Program-made: the position numbers and the translations under genes
The notes under the pieces: model-generated
The model's database searches: none
Told to the model about the DNA's origin: nothing
The model's input: only the letters and a program-made list of their open reading frames with translations
In this document: positions 57,116-64,000 of the stretch, one piece after another
Layout: each line of letters opens with the position of its first letter
Numbering within the stretch: the first letter of the stretch is position 1
Assembly (NCBI GenBank): GCA_051531975.1
Contig: JAOPTT010000003.1
Location: forward strand, 160,001 to 224,000
Length of the DNA stretch: 64,000 nucleotides
Source of the DNA: Spirochaetaceae bacterium
Lineage (GTDB): Bacteria; Spirochaetota; Spirochaetia; DSM-2461
Direction: 5' to 3'

Positions 57116-59839
57116 TTATCTTATTGCCAGGGTAAAAATTTCCTTACCCATAATTTGAATCTGTTCTGATTCCCTGTTATTAAAACCAATTGATCCTATC
57201 TCTTTTTCATCGAGACTAACTTCTTTGAGTTCTGAAATGTTCTTAAAATAACTTATTGAAAATCTGTTTATCTCATCTGATGTATTATACAATCTGACTA
57301 TTAAACAGTTATCGACCTCAGCCCTTTTAATAGCGGAGATTACAACTTTTTTGCCGTTTATATTTAGAAAATTCTCTTCTCTATCCAACTGAATTTTTGG
57401 ATATTTATCTTCCCGATAAAAAACTTCAGCTATGCTGGAATCTTGAACGGCAACCCTACCACCTGAAAACTTCTTTAAATCAACGGGCAAAAAACTAGAC
57501 AATAAAGGTGTCTGATATTCTTTATAAATTTTTGTTATTTCCGATGATGTACAGTTCCCCTGATAAGGCATAATTGCCATGGAGGTGTTTATTGTTCTTA
57601 AACATTGATTCCCAGGGACTTTCCACTGCTCTCCCAAAGCTCCAATACTTATTTTACCGTTAGCTCTTAATAGTGTTAAAGCGATAAAACCATCGTTTTC
57701 TGTTAAATGTTCATATTCATATAGACCTTTATTAAACAGAGCAATTCCCTCTTTTTCATTATCAATACAGACAAATCCTGAATTGGGCTGAGTCCCATTT
57801 TTGATACCATTAAAAACATCTCTTCTATCCCGTCTAATAATGTCAAAAGGTGTTGACGCACTGGTAAAATCTGTTTTTATACCTGTATTTATAAGGGCTC
57901 TTAGTCTGTGATTTTCCGACCTATTATCGATAGAGAAATCTATAAATAACATAGGCTGTTCACTATCGATAGAAAATTTAATGTCCACTCTGTTTAGTAC
58001 AAAATCTTCACTTCTTTTATGAGAAATATGGTTATATCCCTCAGGTAGGCATAAATTATACCTCAATGTAAAACTTGAATAAAATTGATTATTTATCCGC
58101 TCTATAATTTTAGGTTTCAAATCCATGGAAGAGTATGTTCTTGAATTTTTTGACTTTAAATAAACATATGAATCACCACAATCTTCAGTATCTTCAAGGC
58201 TTATTATATCTTTATATATTTTACCTGTTTCTTTAAAAACTAGATCTGTTTTCCCGTCAGAATTTATAGTGATTTTAATATAGCTGTTTTCCATTTCAAA
58301 AGGTAATTGATTATTTTCTATATTATTAGTTATATTTCCGGCTGTTTTTTTGGTCTTTTTGGTTTTTTTGACAATATAAGTGCTGAAACCTGCTGGTGGA
58401 ATATCTTGAACCTTCATTAATACTTCATAAAAATCAACTTCTTTTGTACCTGGCAGATTAATAGGGGTAAACATATTCATATGTTTTTTCCCTTTATCTA
58501 AAATAGAGTATGGTATAACTATATTCTCTGAATTTAAGATTTCAAAATTTGATACATTCTCTTCTACAGGAAATATAAGATCAACTTTAATAATACCGGA
58601 TCTAAAACTCTCCACTGTATTAAAAATAGAGATCAGGTAATCTTTATTAGCAAGATTTTCTCTGTTTATTTTAGTCATGAGAAACTGTTTCGCCCTGTTT
58701 CCCAAATCCTCTGCTTGTAGAAAAAACCTTTTATATCGATCTTCCATAGCCTCATGAACTTCATCAATACTACACCCACAAATACTATCATGGGGATGAT
58801 TTTTTATTAAACTTTTCCATAGATGTCTAATGAAATCCATAGGGTATTCTTTATGTGCTCCGGCAATCCATATCATGGAATATAGAGGCTCTAGAATATT
58901 TTCCATAAAATTTTGAGCTCTGGAATTCAAAACCTTCAAATAGACTCTAGAAGACAGGGTTCCCTGAAGAATCCTTTTATCTTTCCCGTGTCTCAGCTCT
59001 CCTGTATATGTTTCTAGAACTATATTATCTTCTACAATGAAATTTCGAACATTATTCAAATACTCATCCATTGCAATTTGTTTTATCATTTTTTGAGATG
59101 GAAGATTACTGTTTACTTCATCTAATATAGGAAGAAGGTCTTCTTGTGCTTCTAGGTGATCTACTCCATTCATTAACAAAAGGTAGGGGGTTGTAGCAAT
59201 ATCTTGGAAACTCTTCTCAATCACTTCAGCTAATTTTAAGGATTTAAAAGGATCCCCTGAAAACCTCTGTGCATTATTATACCAATGAGGAATGTGAATT
59301 GCCAGGATTTCTGAACCATCTGGTCCTGACCACTTAAATTCGGAATTTCGATAAATGAAATCCAGGTTCCCTGTTTCCTCTTCAAAAAAATCATAACCTC
59401 GCCCAAAGATGCAATCCTCAATTCCAAATCCTTTAAAGATCTGTGGAAGTTGAGAAATTAAACCAAATTGATCCGGCATATACCCTGTATATGTACACTT
59501 TCCTGCTTCTTTTGCTTGAGAAATACCAAGTAATAGGTTTCTAATAGTTGATTCACCACTGGTAAGATAAAAATCATTCTGAACATACCAGGGACCTAAG
59601 AGGATTCTTCCCTGTTTAATATGTGCATAAAGCTTTTCCTTGTTATACGGTTTTATTTCAAGATAATCTTCCAGGACTATTGTCTGGGCATCTAAATGAA
59701 AAATATACAGGGGATCTTCATCTAATATTTCTAGAAGATTATCAATTAGTTGTACCAATTTAATCTGAAAGTTTTCAAAACTCAGATACCACTCTCTATC
59801 CCAATGTGTATGTGATATTACACAAAATGATTTTTCCAT
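57116..59839 (-). CDS. GH38 alpha-mannosidase (MngB/SpGH38-like)
   Basis: SHTHWDREWY, YMPDQFG, MNGVDH, HPHDSICGCSIDEVH. Confidence 0.95.
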   Translation of the reverse strand: MEKSFCVISHTHWDREWYLSFENFQIKLVQLIDNLLEILDEDPLYIFHLDAQTIVLEDYLEIKPYNKEKLYAHIKQGRILLGPWYVQNDFYLTSGESTIRNLLLGISQAKEAGKCTYTGYMPDQFGLISQLPQIFKGFGIEDCIFGRGYDFFEEETGNLDFIYRNSEFKWSGPDGSEILAIHIPHWYNNAQRFSGDPFKSLKLAEVIEKSFQDIATTPYLLLMNGVDHLEAQEDLLPILDEVNSNLPSQKMIKQIAMDEYLNNVRNFIVEDNIVLETYTGELRHGKDKRILQGTLSSRVYLKVLNSRAQNFMENILEPLYSMIWIAGAHKEYPMDFIRHLWKSLIKNHPHDSICGCSIDEVHEAMEDRYKRFFLQAEDLGNRAKQFLMTKINRENLANKDYLISIFNTVESFRSGIIKVDLIFPVEENVSNFEILNSENIVIPYSILDKGKKHMNMFTPINLPGTKEVDFYEVLMKVQDIPPAGFSTYIVKKTKKTKKTAGNITNNIENNQLPFEMENSYIKITINSDGKTDLVFKETGKIYKDIISLEDTEDCGDSYVYLKSKNSRTYSSMDLKPKIIERINNQFYSSFTLRYNLCLPEGYNHISHKRSEDFVLNRVDIKFSIDSEQPMLFIDFSIDNRSENHRLRALINTGIKTDFTSASTPFDIIRRDRRDVFNGIKNGTQPNSGFVCIDNEKEGIALFNKGLYEYEHLTENDGFIALTLLRANGKISIGALGEQWKVPGNQCLRTINTSMAIMPYQGNCTSSEITKIYKEYQTPLLSSFLPVDLKKFSGGRVAVQDSSIAEVFYREDKYPKIQLDREENFLNINGKKVVISAIKRAEVDNCLIVRLYNTSDEINRFSISYFKNISELKEVSLDEKEIGSIGFNNRESEQIQIMGKEIFTLAIR

Positions 59840-59872
59840 TTGAAGATTCCCTATTTCCTGTTTTTTTATAAA

Positions 59873-59909
59873 ATGAGGCCGGTATATTACTGGAATAAAC
59901 CGGCCTCAT
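59873..59909 (-). terminator. Strong stem-loop after the solute-binding-protein gene
   Basis: ATGAGGCCGGT...ACCGGCCTCAT 11-bp stem with a short U tract on the minus strand. Confidence 0.65.
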
Positions 59910-59936
59910 ATTGTAAAGTTCTATTATTATTTTTTT

Positions 59937-59989
59937 GTTTTCCCTAGATCCCCACCCTACCTAACTATTGTAGGGATTTTGGGGAAAAC
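59937..59989 (-). terminator. Second stem-loop immediately after the SBP stop
   Basis: GTTTTCCC...CCCTAC...GTAGGG...GGGAAAAC. Confidence 0.5.
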
Positions 59990-60007
59990 TTTAACCTAAT
60001 AAGGTTA

Positions 60008-61513
60008 TTATTTACTTGCATACCATGCAGCAAGTTGTCTGTTAGTCTCATCAAGTACTGTCTGAAGACCAGCATTATTTAACTGCTTTCTATACTCTTC
60101 AATATCAGTAACTGGATTAAGACCTAGAGCTAATCCACCAAACTCTGAAGCAACTGCATTCATCTGTGCAATTTCAGATTTAATAGGCTCTTGATCCCAT
60201 GGGAAACCAATACTTGGATTTGCTAAAGAATTAGAGTTTACATTCGCCCAATTTAGGTAATCTTCTGCATCAGGAGTTGCGCTCATATCCTGTCTTAAGT
60301 GATTTCTGTTAAAGATGTACCACCATAACATTTCGTAGTTTTTCTTTTCAGGAGTAATTTTCGCTATAGCACCATTCTTAATATCATAATGAGTACCTTC
60401 GATTCCATATGCCCATAACTCGTAATTTGCCTGTGAAGACATGATCCAGTTAACAAACTTAGCTGCAACTACAGGAGTTTTACTCTGAGTACTAATACAG
60501 AACCAGTTTCCACTTGCTCTCATTAAAACACCTTGTTCTTTCTTATCTAAACGAACCCAGTCAACTCCAAAAGTATCTTTAACCTGAGGATAGATAGACA
60601 TTGCGTAGTCATCTTTATCAGCACCTATAAATGCCATTCGACCAGAAACAAAGCTTGCACGTTTATCAGAAACTTCTTCAAACGTAACCAAGTTCATATC
60701 TTGAAGTTTTATAGCTGCTTTAACATCGTTTTCAAACTCTTTTGTAAACACTGCACTAAAAACTTCCGGTGCACCAGATTTATTAGGATCTAAATAAAGA
60801 CTAAGACCTGTATTAAGTTCACCCCATGTAGCTGTCGCTGTTCCTTCTTGACCAAACAGTACTGCAGGAGATAAAGGTAAAGATCCTTCTCTCTCAGCAT
60901 TAAGAACTAATACTTGTGGTTCATTTGCTTTTACAGTTTTACAGAACTCAAGAAATTCAGGACCTGTAGTTATGCCGTTTGGAGCATATTTTTCCATAAG
61001 ATCTGCACGAACTGCTAATGATCCTCTATCTGCACGCTTAACATAGTTATTTTCAAGTGCAGGTAGACCATAAATATCTGCTCCAACACTAACAGCACCC
61101 CAAATTGTATCGTTGATATTAGCTGGATCGCCAAAGAAAGACAGTTCAGGAATTATATCATTTAGAGGTATAAAAGCACCCTGAGCCTGCATTTCATAAA
61201 AGTTCAACCATGCTGGATCAAATACAAGATCCATATGTTCTTTGGCAGCAACCTTAAGAGCGATTTTAGTTTTGTAGTCGGAAAATGGAATAAACTCAAC
61301 AGTTAAATCCACAGGTCCAATTTCACCGGCAACTTCCGCTTCAATTTTTTCAATTACTAGATCAATATCTTTTGGCCTGTCTCCAGGTACGATTATATTA
61401 ATCGGTGTAACTTTCACAGCAGGTTCTGATGTTGCCTCTTCCTTATTTCCAGAAGCAAAAAGGACCGATGCTCCAACAGTCAGAACGACCAACAACGCTA
61501 AAAATTTTTTCAT
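60008..61513 (-). CDS. Carbohydrate ABC transporter solute-binding protein
   Basis: Signal MKKFLALLVV..LFASGNKE; YGIEGTHY; AGLQTVLDETNRQLAAW C-terminus; start set at 61513 (RBS AAGGAG). Confidence 0.92.
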   Translation of the reverse strand: MKKFLALLVVLTVGASVLFASGNKEEATSEPAVKVTPINIIVPGDRPKDIDLVIEKIEAEVAGEIGPVDLTVEFIPFSDYKTKIALKVAAKEHMDLVFDPAWLNFYEMQAQGAFIPLNDIIPELSFFGDPANINDTIWGAVSVGADIYGLPALENNYVKRADRGSLAVRADLMEKYAPNGITTGPEFLEFCKTVKANEPQVLVLNAEREGSLPLSPAVLFGQEGTATATWGELNTGLSLYLDPNKSGAPEVFSAVFTKEFENDVKAAIKLQDMNLVTFEEVSDKRASFVSGRMAFIGADKDDYAMSIYPQVKDTFGVDWVRLDKKEQGVLMRASGNWFCISTQSKTPVVAAKFVNWIMSSQANYELWAYGIEGTHYDIKNGAIAKITPEKKNYEMLWWYIFNRNHLRQDMSATPDAEDYLNWANVNSNSLANPSIGFPWDQEPIKSEIAQMNAVASEFGGLALGLNPVTDIEEYRKQLNNAGLQTVLDETNRQLAAWYASK

Positions 61514-61586
61514 TTTAATCTCCTTGTGTAATAACACTTTCTATATATTAGCGAGTTTAAAACCCGCAATTATATGCTTAAATAAT

Positions 61587-62486
61587 TTATCCCTTTACAG
61601 CACCTAAAGAGATACCTTTGCTGAAAAACTTTTGAATAAAAGGATATACAATAATAAGGGGCCCAATGGCCATCATTGTTGCTGCAAGCTTTAAAGTCTC
61701 TGAAGGAAGAGTATTACTTCCCAAACTGGTTATCTGACTTGCATTTTGTGTAAGAAATTGTGCATTTGTAACCATTACCCGGAGCATGTACTGTACAGGA
61801 TACAGTTGTGGTTTATTATCAAGATACAACAGTGCCAACCACCAGTCATTCCAGTAACCCATTGCATAAAACAGACCGACAGTAGCAATAGCAGGGATAG
61901 ACATAGGCACAACTATTTTAACAAGAATATGTACCTCACTAGCACCGTCTATTCTTGCTGCATCAAACAGTTCATTGGGAATCTGACTTAGAAAATTCCT
62001 TAGAAGCATAATATTAAAACCATTTGCAGCCATAGGAAGTATTAGTGCCCAGATGGTACCTTTTATATGAAGCACTTGAACACAAACCATATACCATGGA
62101 ACCAATCCGGCGTTAAACAATAAGGTAAATACAACAAAAAAGTTGAAATATTTTCTCAGCTTAAACTCATGTCGGCTAAGGGAATATGCAGCTAATGTAC
62201 TTGCAAAAAGAGCTATGGCTGTTCCTCCAAGAGTAACCACTAATGAAACCATATAAGCGTCTAACATTGAGTTATTACCAGATAAAACAAATAGGTAACC
62301 ATCAATGGAAAATTTTTCTGGGATGATTTTATACCCTTCCCTTAATAACGTCATTTCATCGGTAAAAGATCCACCTAAAATAACAAGAAGAGGATATACA
62401 CAGGCTGCAGCAAACAAAACCATAATAACTGAACAGAATGCTACAAATATTTTTTCGTCCATGGGACGTTTCATAATTTTATCCAT
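61587..62486 (-). CDS. Carbohydrate ABC transporter permease (MalG/LplC-like)
   Basis: ELFDAARIDGASE (EAA loop), YWNDW, YPFIQKFF..GAVKG. Confidence 0.95.
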   Translation of the reverse strand: MDKIMKRPMDEKIFVAFCSVIMVLFAAACVYPLLVILGGSFTDEMTLLREGYKIIPEKFSIDGYLFVLSGNNSMLDAYMVSLVVTLGGTAIALFASTLAAYSLSRHEFKLRKYFNFFVVFTLLFNAGLVPWYMVCVQVLHIKGTIWALILPMAANGFNIMLLRNFLSQIPNELFDAARIDGASEVHILVKIVVPMSIPAIATVGLFYAMGYWNDWWLALLYLDNKPQLYPVQYMLRVMVTNAQFLTQNASQITSLGSNTLPSETLKLAATMMAIGPLIIVYPFIQKFFSKGISLGAVKG

Positions 62487-63421
62487 TAAAATAAAGCTCC
62501 ATCACTTTGATATTTTCTTGCGGCTTTGTTTGCAAACAATACAAGAACAAAACCGACTATAGACTGATACAGACCGATAGCTGTAGGCATACCAACATCA
62601 AAGGTCTTAACAAGACTTCGGTAGACAAAGAAGTCAAGAACATCAGTTGTTGGAAAAAGCTGTGATCTGTTATTTATCAGAGCCACCATCATCTGCTGGT
62701 CACCCCGAAAGATATTACCTACAGCAAGAATCATTAATATAATAATTGTAGGCATCAGATGCGGAAGGGTTACATGTCGCACTCTAGCCCAGAAACCTGC
62801 ACCATCAATTTTGGCAGCTTCGTGATACTCTGGACTTATAGCCAATAAAGATGCGGAATAGATAATCAATTGAACCCCTGCCTGCTTCCAGACAACTATT
62901 GCAGTTAAAATTCCAGGCCACAGTTCAGGCCTTCTATACCAGGATACCGCTTCAAATCCCGTAGAAACTAAAACTTTATTAAAAATACCGGTTGATTGAG
63001 ATAAAAAAACCGTAGAGACAATTCCAAGAACAACCCAGGATAAAAAAGAAGGGAAATAAGTTATAGTCGTAATGGTTTTACGAAACATTTTGGATCGGAC
63101 CTCATATAATCCAATGGCGCAAAAAACTGCAAACAGATGGGTGGATAGTATAAAAAGTAAATTTAAGAATACCGTATTTTTAGTTGCTCTCAAAGCATAT
63201 GGGCTATTAAACAGGAATTTGAAATTTTCAAAACCGCTCCATGGACTACCCCAGATCCCCAACGATGCGTCAAAACTCTTAAATGCTAACTGCAAACCAT
63301 ACATTGGCAGATAAATAAAAGCACCTAACAAGAGAACTGAGGGAATCATAAATATGATAAACCAACCCTGTTTCACCGACTGATACTTTCTTTTTTGACT
63401 TAAAGATTTTCTTATCTTCAC
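62486..63421 (-). CDS. Carbohydrate ABC transporter permease (MalF/LplB-like)
   Basis: SPWSGFENF, EYHEAAKIDGAG, TAIGLYQS; GTG start. Confidence 0.95.
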   Translation of the reverse strand: MKIRKSLSQKRKYQSVKQGWFIIFMIPSVLLLGAFIYLPMYGLQLAFKSFDASLGIWGSPWSGFENFKFLFNSPYALRATKNTVFLNLLFILSTHLFAVFCAIGLYEVRSKMFRKTITTITYFPSFLSWVVLGIVSTVFLSQSTGIFNKVLVSTGFEAVSWYRRPELWPGILTAIVVWKQAGVQLIIYSASLLAISPEYHEAAKIDGAGFWARVRHVTLPHLMPTIIILMILAVGNIFRGDQQMMVALINNRSQLFPTTDVLDFFVYRSLVKTFDVGMPTAIGLYQSIVGFVLVLFANKAARKYQSDGALF

Positions 63422-63456
63422 TACAACTCCTTAATCTATGCTTAATAACTATATTC

Positions 63457-63485
63457 ATAATAAATGACATCTTTACAGCTGTCAA
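63457..63485 (-). promoter_or_regulatory. Sigma70-type promoter of the ABC/GH38 operon with overlapping inverted repeat
   Basis: Minus strand TTGACA-17 bp-TATTAT; TGACA-N10-TGTCA repeat overlaps it. Confidence 0.65.
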
Positions 63486-63654
63486 CAATTAAATATACTT
63501 AATTTGCAAAATGACTATCTTCACGCATATTGAGTATGCTCTATATCATGTTAAATTTTTAGATTGACAAATTAAACTTAGTTTAGCAAATAATTTGATA
63601 TATTCATCTTGATATTCATTGATATACTATTCATTCTATTTAAAGAGGATTTAT

Positions 63655-64000
63655 ATGAAATTAAACAGAGACTTTACATCTCTCCTAAAGCAAAATTTAC
63701 ATTATTACATTCAATCTTTCGTGTTTTTTATTATCAAACATGCTAGTTCGTGGATATTACCTATTATAATTGCTGAAGTCATTAACACTTTAATTAAGGG
63801 TGGCATTTATGACCTATGGAACCTACGGTGGATTGGTTTAGGATATCTGTTTTTACTTTTTTTAAACGTTCCATTTCATATATTACATGTTAAGGCACTT
63901 TCAAAAGCCAACAGAAATATAGAATCGAAACTGCGAAGCTGGTTAATTCGCAAGTTACAGCAGTTGACTATCTCATTTCATTCAGATTATCAATCTGGAA
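63655..64000 (+). CDS. ABC exporter transmembrane domain, 3'-truncated (not in ORF track)
   Basis: RBS GAGG + ATG 63655; open to the window end: MKLNRDF..IIKHASSWILP..LRSWLIRKLQQLTISFH..SG. Confidence 0.8.
   Translation, partial: MKLNRDFTSLLKQNLHYYIQSFVFFIIKHASSWILPIIIAEVINTLIKGGIYDLWNLRWIGLGYLFLLFLNVPFHILHVKALSKANRNIESKLRSWLIRKLQQLTISFHSDYQSG

Noticed and set aside
567..61537. Longer N-termini given by the ORF track (567, 3004, 14690, 26994, 38013, 53783, 61537)
   Set aside because: Downstream ATGs have better RBS or overlap geometry and match where the domains start.
154..63488. Many short antisense or overlapping ORFs in the track (e.g. 154-492, 19557-20093, 44335-44826, 45256-45600)
   Set aside because: Shadows of well-supported genes, with no motifs or RBS.
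1..64000. CRISPR array, rRNA, tRNA, reverse transcriptase or integron integrase
   Set aside because: No regularly spaced direct repeats, RNA gene signatures, YxDD RT or tyrosine-recombinase ORF seen by eye.

Overview
Low-GC bacterial chromosomal segment. The lipoprotein signal (LLFS-C), the 'VLFASGNKE'-type solute-binding-protein leader and the MCP suggest a free-living Spirochaetaceae-like anaerobe (inference). Layout: (1) 1-12.4 kb: small stress, redox and regulatory genes, including three flavodoxin-ferredoxin (EFR1-type) paralogues and a sirtuin with eukaryote-like class I motifs. (2) 12.5-22.7 kb: hexuronate operon uxuB-uxaC-uxuA-gntR, a MarR-controlled heterodimeric ABC exporter and yihY. 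(3) 22.7-34.8 kb: an MCP-phosphatase-phosphoesterase-3x sulfatase-regulator operon with a divergent large beta-propeller gene. (4) 34.8-46.3 kb: accessory island with two type II TA pairs, a WYL-regulator module, an atypical CLC, an IS481-family element and a minus-strand array of attC-like hairpins (two intact, one decayed) with no integrase in the window. (5) 46.3-63.4 kb: sugar ABC transporter, two GH38 mannosidases, a sulfatase, SDRs, an AKR, an (alpha/alpha)6 hydrolase and an RspA/ManD dehydratase, with a paralogue of the regulator in (3). The best candidates for undescribed biology are the integrase-less integron cassette array and a possible cytoplasmic pathway for sulfated/phosphorylated mannosides. 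No rRNA, tRNA or CRISPR array was recognised. All protein calls come from motif recognition by eye; no database searches were run.
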